DNA of 64,000 nucleotides. Origin: Rhizodiscina lignyota. Taxonomy: Eukaryota. Below the pieces are notes generated by a model. It saw only the letters and a program-made list of their open reading frames with translations. It did not search any database and was not told the DNA's origin. Numbering within the stretch: position 1 is the stretch's first letter; each line of letters begins with the position of its first letter. Positions 13,049-25,923 of this stretch are shown in pieces. Made by a program: the position numbers and the translations under genes. The DNA lies in NCBI GenBank assembly GCA_010015805.1, contig ML978131.1:372001-436000 (forward strand), written 5' to 3'.

Positions 13049-14104
13049 GGTCACCGATCCACCGAGAGATTTTCAGAAGTCGTGAAAGTCATTCGAGAGT
13101 TTGAGAGCGACGTGGAGTGTGTATACGCGAATGTTGGTATTCACGGTGTTGTTCGTGGATGGAGCGGTTCGTAATTTATCGAGTCATTTGTGATGTTGAT
13201 ATGGCGCACGTAGGATGTTTTTGCCTGATGTTGGCGAGAGAGGGAGGAACACCGTTGCGTAGGACACGAGCACAGATGGAAATTGAGGGCAGCTCCAAGA
13301 GGTGTAACTGTGAAGTACAAAGCAGAGCAGCTTCGAGGCTGGGGCAACACAATTTCTTTGAGGTTGTTGCGGTCAAACTTTCTTTCTGGCTCGCGTGCGC
13401 TGGCTGGCGGGGTCTAAAGTGCAATGCAAGGATCTGCCCTTTCTCGCCCCAGTTCCCGACGTTGTACCGAAAATCGGGTGCTTATCCAACGACAATCTCC
13501 GGTACTCACGTACTGATTTCTTCGAAATGTTCACTCCGCAGCAGCGATCCAATTTCATATTTCTCTGTACGACAACATCATTTTGACACCAAGAATAGAT
13601 GTAATGCTCTTTCATGACGTTACTGAATGCTGTGCATCACTTTAGTACAAATATTCCGAACATGTGACCACGTCCAATAGTTACACTCCGTCAACCCGAT
13701 GCCCGTCTACCGAACGCTAGACAAAGTTGGATGGTTGAGGAGTCTACTCAATACTAGCACAAGTATTTAACAGCCGTCCAATTAATACAGGAAACCAACC
13801 GAAAGGACTATCTACTCGCTATCTAGGTATCGCAGAAAGGGAAAGCCATTGTATCCGCCCAATATCTACCCGAGCAAGACGATTTATATGTGAAAAGGTA
13901 CCTGCAGACAAAAGAAAGGCACACTTCTGTTGAATCTTCCAACTCGCAAGCGCAAAGCACAAATGACCGAAACCAGTTCTCCAATTCCCATCTTCAACCC
14001 GCTCATAACGCATACCCTGAGTACCAATTCATTCAACACATACCACTGCCATACGCCGTCACACATGTCAACTGCTCATTATCTCTGATATGCCGGAACA
14101 GCTG

Positions 14105-15673
14105 TCACAAAACGCCATGTATCTGCTTCCACTTCTTCTTGCACGTCGCGTAAGCGAAGTGGTATGATCCTCCGTTCTCGGCGATGTACGCAGAGACCCT
14201 CTTCCAAGAGACCTTCGAGATGTCAATGTCTGTCGGCCGGCGTGTTCTGGTGCTCCCGTGGTGGCGCTCACTTGCTCCGATCATCGAGTTCACAGCGTCG
14301 TTCAGAAGGCCGATCTGTGATAAAGGGTTTAGCACTCTGTGATAAGTATGTATTAGCGAACAATGCAGTGGCTGACTCACATCGCGCGATCTCCAAACCG
14401 GTTTCCTCACCCTCTCTTGCTTCGGCTTTGTCAAGTCTCGAAAGCGGCCGCGAAGCGTCGACTCTGCCTCACGGAAATTGCCCTGCTCACGTATCTCTCT
14501 GTATGACATACCAGAACGTCGGCATTGGATCAGGAACATGTTCTGCTCATCTCTGCCTTCCTGGTCTTGCGTCTCAAGGAAGGGATCATCACATCGATCA
14601 GAATGGAGGGTATCTTCTCCCATACCATCAATGACTTGAGGTATGCCCATTGTCTGAGACATATCGTCATATCCTCCGAAGCCTCTGACCGATGCGGGAT
14701 AATTCCAGCCCCACTGACTTTGTGTGGTACCGTACTGTGGTTGTACTTCTGCGACAGGGTGAGTGCCCCAACCTTGTTCGAGACCGAGCCCATAGTTTCT
14801 AGTCTGGCCATACTGGGCGTGATCAACACGGGGATGAAGATCCAAAGGGTTGGTTTCATCCGGCGTGTTATATGCCGCGGTATAGGACTCAAAGGGCGAT
14901 TGACTACCCTCACCAAGGGAATATTCATCGGGGCTGGGACTGCTCGAGAAGTAGGCTTGATCATCATTGAATACTTCGCGCGGCGACACAGGCAGGGAAG
15001 GCTCGTAAGTAGTTGATGGTGAACTTGTCTCAGGTACAAGGCCAGGAATGTTGACCGGAGCAGAGGGAGCGAAAGACGCTGCATATCCGCTGAAGTTGTC
15101 TTCTTCTTTGAGGTAATTGTTGAAATGTCCACCGTTATTGTTGAGAGAAGTACCAGAATCCGACGGCGTAGATCGGGAGTATGATGAACCGTTAGAGGCG
15201 ATTATATAGCCCCAGGTATCGTTAATGTGCGAAGAAGGAACACAATCAGCTGTGTAGTTGTTGTGGTCGATTGCGCTCCTGGCAGACTGAATCATATGCC
15301 ATTCATCCGCAAATGCTCCAGCAATTGGACTATGACCATCTTGTTCGAGATCTGACATCGTACAAGCCGAAGCCACCCAATAGACAGGCTGCTTCCGCAC
15401 GAGAGCGTAAGGATGACGTGCTCTGGGAACCGGAAAGGAGTGAAGCGACTTATGAGAAGGCACCTGTTACGCGTGTCCAAGTCAGGATACACCGAAAGAC
15501 ATTACAGGGCTATGACTTACAGTAGGTTGACAGTTATATGCAAGCGAAATTGATCCCCTTTGCGCGCCAACGTGATCTTCAGGCCAGGTGGGCAGATGAA
15601 CAGGATGGCCGTGATATGATATAACTCCCCGCGGATACGCAGAATGCGCCTCATAACGACCCCATATAGCCAT
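14105..15673 (-). CDS. Fungal protein with C-terminal Myb/homeodomain-like helical domain (putative DNA-binding)
   Basis: C-terminus has FLIQCRRSGMSYREIREQGNFREAESTLRGRFRDLTKPKQERVRKPVW and VSWKRVSAYIAENGGSYHFAYATCKKKW, a conserved fungal pattern. A 57-nt GTAAGT...CTGAC...AG intron (15464-15520) joins the 15482-15673 ORF in frame. Alternative start at ATG 15358. Confidence 0.75.
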
Positions 15674-18137
15674 CTTGACTTATACCTATCGCGGTAGGCG
15701 CGATCTCAGTGCCGCTTGCGATTGAGAGTCGCGCAGATGCTTCCTGTTGAAATCCGTTTAACCAAGAATTACCTTGGATTAAATGCAAGCCGCCACCAAT
15801 AAGATCAAAATGGTTGAAGAAAATGCTGCTAGATCTGCATGCAGCCCCTCAAAATTTACTGGGACGCATGCAGCAGAAACTTGAGCTATTGTCGTTCGTC
15901 GGATCTGCGGATTGCTTCTTCGGAACTGCAGCTAGGTAGACCGCTTGTTGATTGTTGATGGTCGGTGAGGGTATAAACAAAGTGTTGTACGCAAAGATGC
16001 AGCGCTCTAGATGTGAAGCAGGAAAGGACAGCAATATTGAGTCGCTGTCAGGAGAGCCGCAGATAACCGAAGCGAGCAGTAGACTGGTAGTGAAGGGGGT
16101 CCCGCAGGGAGTATTGAGAAGGTTGCTCCACCCAGAGAGCGACTCTGAGTGCGATGTTGAAAAGCTTCCATTTGTATTAGCTTTGAATGCTCCAAGCACC
16201 ACTCTGGCTGCAGAACGTACAGGTCACAAGTCTGAAGTAGCAACCTCACGCCACGCGAAAGATGCCAGTCCACTTTACTATGGACGAGACGCAAGCGGTA
16301 TCGAGGGCGACCAGCAATGAGATATCAGAGACAAACAATGCCAACGAAGACGGAAGGATCTAAAACAGAAATCCACGCCTAGCAAGGAGATTGATCTTAG
16401 GGGAAACAATTGGTGAGCTTTCAGTGATATGGTCTCCGGTATGTCCTGGGCTGCCCCAGGACGGCGCTGGCTCTATTGCGAGCCATGATCAGCTGAGAGT
16501 CAATCCTCGCAATCGTTTGCATAGTGGACCGCTCTTCCCCTTCCCCGCTTATTGCTTAGGACGGGGTAATGCTGCCAGATGCGAGCAATCTTGCTGGGCT
16601 TGTTCGGCAGCGAGCCGAGTAGATGGAGCTACAGCGATTTGGTTGAGAAAAAGTGAGACATCTCCATAGACATGAGCAAATGAAGTAAATTAGATGCGAC
16701 CCACTGCGGGACGGGCCTCAGCTGGGGTGAGGATCTCACAAATTGGCCCTGGCATTAGTAAGTACTGCTACGGGGCTTTCGCTGGAATCTACTTAAGCAA
16801 TCTGCACAGCGTGCAGGTGCGGTGCGACACCGTGCAAGGAGGCTCAACTGACATATACGACCAATGGTGTGTGTGTGTATGGAAGTTGCATAGAAGGAGC
16901 GCGTGCCTCTGCGTGATTGCGGGAGTGGGATGTTCTGCCATCTGCAGTCGTCTTCAAAAGGGGAAGTAGCTTGAGGCTCTTCCCGATGCAAAGCTTAACG
17001 GCTGTCAAAAGGCATCCAATGAAATTGTAGCACTAATTGTGGCTCCTGTACGATCAACGTGCGCAGTGCTAGGTGGCATGCTGCATTAAAGCTCTTCTCG
17101 GAGAGGCGCATAAGGGCTGCTGGAGCGTTCGGACGATCGAAAATGACGGAGATGGAGAGGTGTCATTCATTCATACGATACAATCGATGGCGTCTCATCT
17201 TGATCTGGGCCGGGAATGGGTGAGTGATGTACCGGGAACGGGCGGTAGAAAAGATGGATGTTTTCAAACGCTCGCCCATCTCATCCGAGATTGTCAGGAA
17301 AGAGGATTGGAAGGCCGTAGACAGTGGAGCTGCAAGGCGCAAGAGTCAGCTACTGAATGTGATCAGTCGGAGGATTTAATGCTTTGAGATGCATGCCATA
17401 TGCAAGACATACTGAAGAAATTCCGGACGTGTAGTTGACAGGCCACAGCTGCGGCCAATAACATCAACACACAAGTGTGTCAATTCCTCTTACAGAATGC
17501 GCATGCGATCGCCAGCCCTCCCCATCCGTAACGTCAGGATGCAGTAGTCTCTTCGCCGCAGGTATCCGAGAAGACCAGGTCAAGGATCTGGCTGGATTGC
17601 TGCACAGTCAAAGCACCTGTAGCACCAACAACAACCGTCTTCAGGCATTAGGACTGGGGAGAGGTCGAACTATGATGTTGGGAAGAGTACTTGAAGAGTC
17701 AGCAAAGAAGTGCAAGTTTGTCAAGAGCTCAAGGGCGACGAAATAGCTGGCCGCCGCCCGGCAAGCTACAAGTCAATTTGGGACGAACGAGAGGAAATGA
17801 CACTATCACGTGAGCGACTACCAAAATTCAAGTAGCAAAACTTGCATATTAGCACTTCCAACAGTTTCAGTGATGTGATATTTTCATTAGTTTTTCTATA
17901 CTGAGTTCATCCAGCATAGTGGTCTTTTAGGAATAGTTATTTTAGCCATTCCCATCCCGCAGTGAGGATCCTCCTGCAAACTAGCACCAGCAGGATACAA
18001 AGTATGTCGATACCGATCATAAATCTCAAATTGGAGATGATGGTATACATGTCTTTGGATTTGAGAGGTATTGCCGCACATCGCGAACCAGCCCAGCGCA
18101 TACCGAACCCTTTGTTTGCCACCGGGCCGATCTCATG

Positions 18138-21100
18138 TCATGCCTGCATACACTCCTCCATGTCCTTCAATTGCTGACGAAGTTTGACGACAGCGCCAGC
18201 AGAGATGACATTGACGCCATCTCTTGCGGATGAAGTGGCATTTGTGCCTTCGCTGCGCTCAACCACGCCTTTCGCTGCATCTATCGCTCGCTGGAGAAGC
18301 TTCGGCGTACCTTCTTCTGGTGCAGTGTACAACCAGTTGACGACATCTGCCAAACCGTCGACTGGATACTTCAGCGCATGACTGATAAAGCCTCTTGAGA
18401 GGAAATAAGAACGCTCCGAATAATGCATAGAAGAAATCTTTGTTTCCGCCGAGCCAATGCGGACCTCGTACCCGGCCTCATTGTAGTATGGTTCTTTCAC
18501 CAGCACAAGGCCGAGGATGCTGACAAGCACCTGCAGCACAGTCGATTTTTCCGGATTCCAGTTCTCTGTTCGCTCGCCTGTATGCCATGTTCCAAGGAGA
18601 CTCAGGCATACCTTGCCATCCTCGTAGAGGTTGGGATTGATGGGGCCGCCGCTGTGTGTCCACGAGTGGAAGAACACTTTGGGTGGATAATTCGGGAAGT
18701 CGCTGTCTAATTGAATATCAAAAACAAAAGGGGCCAATGCATATGGGGTATCTAGCGGGCCAACAATGAGAATGCGAAGAAGATCAAGGCGGGCTTCCCA
18801 TGTTCGTACGAAAACACCTTCTGGCAATGATGAGCCGAGAATTTGGTGCTCTTTGCTGATTCGGCGAAGGACGCTTCGTGCCTGTGGCTGTGAAGCGCTA
18901 AGATAGTGATGTGATGCTGGAGGAGATGAATCAAGGATATCAAAATTAGACGGAGCATTCGGCCGACCGGCTAAGTTCAGTGGTTCAGGCGCGGCGGCTT
19001 CTGTCGATGCTGGTAGCGTAACATCTCGCTTCGTAACTGTAGGCTGCGTTGGCGGACTATTGTTGATTGAAGGTGGCTCATCGGTCATCGGGGTGTCGCT
19101 GTCATCGACATCACCATTGACATCCTCCATATCAACAGAGTCCTCTGATTCCGTCGACCACGCATCTTCTCCGTCCTCCTCATCCATCCTTTCACCATCG
19201 TTGCCTTGATAATCAAATTCTTCACGGACGGCCACGCGTAGAAAGTGATCTAAGAGGCTAGTAGAGCCCCAGACACGGGGGTCGAGATCGTAAGCCATGT
19301 CATCATCCATCCCACCATCCTCGAGATCGTCGTCCGAATCATCTGCAGCATTACCCCATCCATCGTCAAGGTCGTCGTCAAAATCACTGCTGTAGACAAG
19401 TACGAGCTTCTCCGGAGAGACTCTGAGATCTCGGACCTTATCTAAAGCTGCCAGTCTGACCGTGATGTAGCCATCCAGCCCAAGGTCAACGACTTCACCA
19501 AACCAGTTAAGCGCTTCCGTCTCAGTCTGGTCGGGTGATCGCGGTGGCACTGCTTCAGGCTTGATTATCACAAAGTCTCCTCGCCGCTTTTGGAGGCCTT
19601 TTGCCACTTTTATATCATATAAGCTGGTGGACTCAACAGTTGATGAGAGCTCGCCAAGCGACGAATCTGGCATCAAGCCGCCACTCGGATCGCCCGAAAC
19701 ATCTAGACCGAAATCCTCAGCGGAATTATAGTATCGGATGTTGGCATCGCGCCACCAGCGTACGGTTGCCATACGATCAGAAGACTGAACTGCTTGGATG
19801 ACGCCGACCTTCGTGGGATGAAACTCCCATGATGGCGCACCAGATTTGCCTTCATTCGTGATGATGACCTCTCCAGGCCAAACTTCTTCGTCATTGTCCA
19901 CGTTGAGGTCGGGAACCAAGGCGGTCGCAGCGTGGGTGCTGGTAGTCATATCTTGCCACTGCACAGTAACGTCTGTGCGGGTTGAGAGCACACAAAATGT
20001 GTTCAAGTCATAGCCTAGGGTTTCAGTGCGAGGCCTTCGCTCTAATACGCCATGTGAAAGACCACTGGGGCCGATGAGGGGACCACTGTATTTTACGGCA
20101 GCTCCAGCAATGTCTTTGAATCGAACACAGTCTCCAACGGTCACGTCAGGGGCTGTTGGATTTGACAATGAGCTGCTCTCTGCTTGAGAAAGACTTTTAG
20201 GTACCCGTGTCCTGTCGTAGACATGTATTGCGCCTGAGGAGATGACGTCTATATCAAGTTCCTCTGGAGGCATCGGCGTCGAAGATTCAATATGTCGTTC
20301 AAGCCATACGACCCCGATAAGCACAGGGCGCACCTCAACGACTTGTCCTCTTGGCTGGACGCTGGGGACATAGCTGCCGAAGACCCATCGTCCTCTCCGG
20401 AGATTGGCTTTCTTAGTTGAGACGATATCACCAACGTCAATGAGGTCGCCCCTTGCCTCAGCTTCAAGTTCGTCAGAGCTTTCCACGACCACAACGGTTC
20501 CATTCGAGAGCCGAACAGCAATCTCTTCCTCGATGTACTCTACACGCCCAATCCAGTTCCGGTATATGATGAGCGCACCCTCACTGTACGTCTGTGCATG
20601 CTTCAGCTCCTCGCCTGGTATATCGAGCAGTATGCTTCGCATCGGTCTTGAAGGCATCGAATGGCTGCCGCCAGCTGCAATATAGTCGTCCCATTCTCGA
20701 CTACTCATGTGCAGCAGCGTGCACCGCGTAGTAGTGTTCGTCACGGTCCCACTGAGTGTGCTTTGCGCGTCTCGCTTCACAACATCTCCTACGAGCAGCG
20801 ATCGGTCGACCAACAGTAAGTTTGACGTGAGGATGAGCTCTGCCTTAGGCGACCCATGCCATCTTGCCAGGACCGTGTCTTTTGGCGGGATGCCATCACG
20901 CAAGAACCGCTCAAAAGCAGGCTTCGAAACGTGCTTCCCTCTCTTGATATCCGGGAACTCTGATCGAGGGTTCGGAATATGACTGTCTACATCACTGTGT
21001 GTCCGCAGAACGAACCCCAGGCCTCGAGATGCCTTCTTGGAACGGTCGAGGACCAAGTCTTCGGGATAGAAGTGGGAGACCGGGACAGGCTGGAGGGCTT

Positions 21101-21140
21101 CGAGCATCGACAGTGGCGTCCGAGGAGCCACGGCAGCCAT
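18138..21140 (-). CDS. UBE2O-like large ubiquitin-conjugating enzyme (E2/E3 hybrid type)
   Basis: Intronless 1000-aa ORF. C-terminal UBC domain LPEGVFVRTWEARLDLLRILIVGPLDTPY...PPKVFF...NPNLYEDGKVCLSLLGTW...LQVLVSILGLVLVKEPYYNEAGY. Long N-terminal region with VTVQWQD and an acidic tract. Confidence 0.93.
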   Translation of the reverse strand: MAAVAPRTPLSMLEALQPVPVSHFYPEDLVLDRSKKASRGLGFVLRTHSDVDSHIPNPRSEFPDIKRGKHVSKPAFERFLRDGIPPKDTVLARWHGSPKAELILTSNLLLVDRSLLVGDVVKRDAQSTLSGTVTNTTTRCTLLHMSSREWDDYIAAGGSHSMPSRPMRSILLDIPGEELKHAQTYSEGALIIYRNWIGRVEYIEEEIAVRLSNGTVVVVESSDELEAEARGDLIDVGDIVSTKKANLRRGRWVFGSYVPSVQPRGQVVEVRPVLIGVVWLERHIESSTPMPPEELDIDVISSGAIHVYDRTRVPKSLSQAESSSLSNPTAPDVTVGDCVRFKDIAGAAVKYSGPLIGPSGLSHGVLERRPRTETLGYDLNTFCVLSTRTDVTVQWQDMTTSTHAATALVPDLNVDNDEEVWPGEVIITNEGKSGAPSWEFHPTKVGVIQAVQSSDRMATVRWWRDANIRYYNSAEDFGLDVSGDPSGGLMPDSSLGELSSTVESTSLYDIKVAKGLQKRRGDFVIIKPEAVPPRSPDQTETEALNWFGEVVDLGLDGYITVRLAALDKVRDLRVSPEKLVLVYSSDFDDDLDDGWGNAADDSDDDLEDGGMDDDMAYDLDPRVWGSTSLLDHFLRVAVREEFDYQGNDGERMDEEDGEDAWSTESEDSVDMEDVNGDVDDSDTPMTDEPPSINNSPPTQPTVTKRDVTLPASTEAAAPEPLNLAGRPNAPSNFDILDSSPPASHHYLSASQPQARSVLRRISKEHQILGSSLPEGVFVRTWEARLDLLRILIVGPLDTPYALAPFVFDIQLDSDFPNYPPKVFFHSWTHSGGPINPNLYEDGKVCLSLLGTWHTGERTENWNPEKSTVLQVLVSILGLVLVKEPYYNEAGYEVRIGSAETKISSMHYSERSYFLSRGFISHALKYPVDGLADVVNWLYTAPEEGTPKLLQRAIDAAKGVVERSEGTNATSSARDGVNVISAGAVVKLRQQLKDMEECMQA

Positions 21141-22102
21141 GGTCTCCGCGAACAGTACGCGGACTCAGTGCGACGTCGACTCGTTCGAAGCGTGTCGCGT
21201 CACTGATACTGATACCAAGCTGCAGTCATGCTCAGCCGAACGACCGGAGAAGCTTGCAAAAGCGAGGGCGAATTTGGCGCGATTGGCGGGGGTTGGGTAT
21301 TCTCCCGAGGCTGCGATAGCTGGGCCGATAAATTTGAGGGTAAGAGTGAGGTGTCGGGGTGTGTCGTCGGCGTGGTGAAGTTCTAGGCAGTGTTCAGCGG
21401 GGCGTGGTGTGAGAGGCGGACATCTCCAAAGAGAACAGGACGCGAAGCGAAGAGCAGGGGCTGCTTAGCTGCGTCCTCAGCATTACTCGCGAAGACGCCG
21501 CTTTAGGCCCGCTTTGGCACCGCTTTAGGGTCTTACGTTGCGGGCTCGGGTGGCGAAAGATATTTTGACGGTGAGCCTCCATGCCGAATGATGCAACACG
21601 CGACGACCAGAGCACGCCGGCCTGAACATGCTCCCGGGCCCGTAGAGCGCGTCGCGTCGTCCGAATGGCTTCAACTTCTCCTTCTGTGCCTCCCTACGGA
21701 GCGACTGGTCGTCCGCTTTGCGGTCTTGCTCCCAGATGGACTCCCTGGGGTCGGCCGCCGTAGCTGAGCACTAACTTATGTCCGATTTACTCATCACCTC
21801 ACCATTGCAGGCGGTCACCTATTATCCCTTTCTGGCATTAATAATCTGGCATGAGGCTTGTAATGCACATAGACGCTGGACTCTACCACGTTTGGAACAG
21901 TCACTGCGGTCTCAATCGCAATTATCTCTTTCCTCCTTCCGAGACGCCTGTTCTCTCAGCTTCGCGTCCTTCGGTCTCCCTGTCGTCAGTATTTCTGTAC
22001 AATTTTCGCCACTGTCTATCTATAAATCGCAATTGAAACACTCTCGTCATGGCGTTCATCCAGTTCGTACTGTCTCATCCATACTCGAAATCATTTAGAA
22101 AG

Positions 22103-23613
22103 ATGTCTGAGCAAGCGCCGTCTGCCGAAGGATCTGGGGGAGGAAAGCGGCCTCGCGGTCGTCCACTGAAGAGCACCGTTGATGAGGACGAGTCTGCTAT
22201 TGTAAGTCAAGTTGATTGAAAGACGCTCGATAGCATCTTTTCACGAATTTGAAGTCCTCGATTGTGAGCATTACGCTTATCGTGACATAGAGAAGAAGAG
22301 CGCGTGTTCGAAAAGCCCAACAGGCCTTCCAGAAACGCAAGGAGGCTGCCGTTCAATCACTCGAAGACCGCCTCGGCGCAGTACAGAATGGCCTGGAGGA
22401 ATTCAGCAACCTGTTCTCCGACTTCACCACTTCCATAACGGAAGCTGGCATAGCGGATTCGCACCCCGACATTCTACGTCAGCTGCATAATCTTACGGAA
22501 AGGTTACTCGCTTTGGCTAACGCTGCGTCGCCACAATCGCCCATGGATATCGATCCAGCCCCCGGCGGTCCAAGTGGCGGTGGAGGGTCTGGGGGTCCTA
22601 GTGGATCGGAAGATCGAGGGGGACCATCCGGTGCGCAAAGCAGAGGTCGTGGCTCGATGTCTGGTGCCCCTGGACTAGGTGTAGAACACCTCTTTTTGTC
22701 AGACGCAGATCCTTCTGGAACTCCGTACACGTCTGCGGATGACCAATCGGGCTTTCCAGATAGTATGCAGACGATGGAGATGACGCTTGCTCTGCAATCG
22801 GTAAATGCCTCGTCTGTTGACCCATGGTCTGACGCTCATGCATTCAGTGCCTTGTGGAGTTCTGGCACCTGGTACAGCGAACCGACAGGACTATCGAGCT
22901 ACCTGTCCGGTAAACCATTCTCGTTCATCGATACGCTGTTTGTCAACTCTCTCAGTATCGCCTTTCACGACATCCTACGTTCTGACAGGAATTGGTCAAA
23001 CCCAATAGCACGCGAGAAGTTTCAGTATTGTCTGAACAGCAGGTCAAGAGATGAGCTGCTCTTGCTGGTACGCCTCGGCTCCGATGCGTTCTTGCAGCGG
23101 TACAGCGCAGGCGAGCCTCCTGAAGGACTCCTTGGTTTCTTCATAAGAAACACTGCTTCACTTGGACACAGTGTTCGCACGAAGATGGCTGAGGATGGCA
23201 CACATGGAGACCACTTGATTGACAACCAAGATATGGAGAATTATTTTCGAGAGAAAGGCGGGTTCCATTTCGATTCTGATACTATACGCATGTCATTACC
23301 TATCCCCTCGAAGGACTCTGCTGAAGCTATCACATCTTCCGGTGACGTTGATAAGAAGTCGCCAACGGCAGCCAAAGAGGCGGCTGAGGAGCTTCTTCAA
23401 ACGTCACAACACTCTGGATCTAGCAGTCCGAACCCGGCCCGGCAAGGCGAAATGCAATCCGCTCAGGCAGCGGTTATCATCACGCTGAACTGTCAGGCAT
23501 TACTTACAGGCTTGGCCGCTATTGGAATCTGCACAGGGAGTGGTGTTGGCTATCGCAAGAGTCGCATCGACGAGGCAATAGTTAAGTCCACCGTCGACAT
23601 GTCTATTCAATAG
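22103..23613 (+). CDS. bZIP transcription factor with AT-hook-like KRPRGRP motif
   Basis: Exon 1 22103-22201 (MSEQ...GKRPRGRPLKS...SAI), intron 22202-22290, then RRRARVRKAQQAFQKRKEAAVQSLEDRLGAVQNGLEEF, in frame with the 22513-23613 ORF. C-terminal ICTGSGVGYRKSRID motif is typical of these fungal bZIPs. Confidence 0.85.
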
Positions 23614-24784
23614 ATTTCTAGCGTTCAATGAGATAGATACCATTTCAATGAGATACATGTAAGTTCGATAACTTCTAGTTCAATTGCTAAATCAGCTCCG
23701 CCCATAGCTGGAGTCGCCCATTGGCACTAAATTTAGAGTACTGTTCATAGAATACCTGCGGTCGTAGAAAACCGGGTGGCAATATGCATGAAATTTGCGA
23801 AGCTGGAGCGAGCCGTACGAGATCCGGCAGACCGTTGCAAAGACGGAACCGGAACCATTGAGTCAAAAAGTGATTGCGCAGCACCCATAACCTTCCGTTC
23901 TTCTGCATATCCCTCACCGTCGAATCTATCTTTACCGGCCGGCCCGGCCGTGCTCGATGTTGGGACATACTGCAGCGGGAGAAGGACTATCCGATGATAT
24001 CGTATCTGTCGGCTTCAATTCTACCTCCTAACAACCCGACAGATGCATGACGTCAACTTAGAACATCAACATCAATCACCTCAACATCCGAGGTACAGAT
24101 CTAATCTTCTTTCTGAGGTGAACACTCCAGGCTCTAGATGTTGACAATTCAGATCGTGTGCCGCGCTAAAGAAGTTCGTCCACGAGATATGTATGCGCAC
24201 GACAGGCACTGACGCTGCCGAACCTAATCCTCCACACTGCTGTTCGGAGAACTAACTGCATTGGTATATACTTTATTTCCCTGCCAATTGGGGTTCGTAA
24301 GCCATGCCAGAAAGGAGGCCACAACGAAGAACAATATCAATGGCCAAAACCACACACTTTAGACTCCTCTATGGCTGACAGAACTACGGCGATTCCTCAT
24401 CGCGATACAGAGCTGTGTACCGTGAACACCAAATCCTCTTTTTGGACGTGTTTCGACTGGATCGTAGATCTCAATACGCTATATACGAATTCTGGAGACG
24501 ACATTGCAATGAAGTCCGCCGCATTATGGAGCAGAGCCGCAGCAATCATCTAAAATTTGTCCGCGAGCCTTCCATAGAAAGCAGCTGCACCAGATGTGCT
24601 TGCTAATTCAAAGGATCAAGAGCAAAACCAGCCCCTTCGAAATAGTATATATATCGCTTTGGTTTGAGACTTTCTTTCTGTCCCTCAACACGCGTTCAAT
24701 TTCATATCAACCGCGCTCAGAGGATCTCTTCAATCACTCAAGATTTATATTGCATATCTAAACTCGTCGAGGTTCATCACAACC

Positions 24785-25701
24785 ATGGCAGAAGGATTCA
24801 CGTCTCAGTTCCACTACAGCACCTACCCTTCGGTCTCGCCCACTCGCCCGGAGCTGTCACTGAAAGGCAAATCAGTCTTGGTGACGGGCGGTGGCTATGG
24901 CATCGGTCCAGCGATCGTGGAGTCTTTTGCACAGGCTGGAGCTTCGAAGATTGCACTCAGTGGCCGAACGGAATCGAAGCTCAAAGGCACCGCAGAGAAC
25001 TTCGGGAGGAAGTACCGCTCGACAGAGTTCCACCCATTTGTGGCCGATGTCACCGACGCTAAAGCTGTGAAGGAGATATTCGACACGTTCGGTGTGCCTG
25101 ATGTTCTTGTGCGTTGCAACTGTTTGTACGCCATCCAGAGCAAGGAGCTGACTTAACGTAACAGGTCAACAATGCCGGGTACATGGCCGAGATCAAGCCC
25201 ATCGTAGAGTTCGACAATCTCCGCGACGACTGGTGGAAGGCCTTCGAGCCTAACATTCTCGTTACGGCCACTGTGACGCAAGCCTACCTACTTGCTCGAA
25301 AGGCCGCCGGAACAACATCTCCAGGAACGGTCCTGACCATCTCCACCCTTGGCGTCCATTGGGGGACTCAACTCATTGGAGTATCCAATTATTCGGCAAG
25401 CAAAGCTGGCCAACTCCGCATGATGGAATTGTTCGCGGCGGAGGTGGGCGACGAGGTCAGGTTTGTGACCGTGCATCCAGGAGCGGTTGACACGGCGATG
25501 AGCATGAAATCCGGCCTGAAGGGTAAGCTCGTGGAGACGGACCTCGATATGGTCGGCAACTGGATGGTGTGGGCGACCGCCAATGCCGATTGGATGGACG
25601 GCAGGTTCTTCTGGCTCGGATGGGACGTTGACGAGCTGTTGAAGAAGAAAGACGAGATTCTGGAGAAGAATTTGCTGACGTACACTATTGTTGGCCTGTG
25701 A
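24785..25701 (+). CDS. Short-chain dehydrogenase/reductase
   Basis: VLVTGGGYGIG Rossmann motif; intron 25109-25164 restores DVLVNNAG; catalytic YSASK; VHPGAVDT. Confidence 0.92.
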
Positions 25702-25923
25702 TGGTTTGGCCTCCGATTAACATCGATGGCTTCATATGAAAATTTTATTATGATTGATGGAGCGAATCCTATGAAATACATCGGAGTCGATTAAACTGTA
25801 ATCGCCAATTCCATCCTATAAAACAAGTTCCGTCTGCTTTCTATACGAATTGAGTCGTTGGTTTCCAACTACATGCGCTTATCCACTTGATCAAGTGCTC
25901 AATGCAGCGGTGGCTGCTGGGGT

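Noticed and set aside
15700..18100. Several 60-120 aa ORFs in a long intergenic region
   Set aside because: No recognisable domains, splice-consistent models or coding bias.
23620..23660. Direct repeat ttcaatgagata x2 after the bZIP stop codon
   Set aside because: Only two short copies in a 3' UTR; a local duplication with no array structure.
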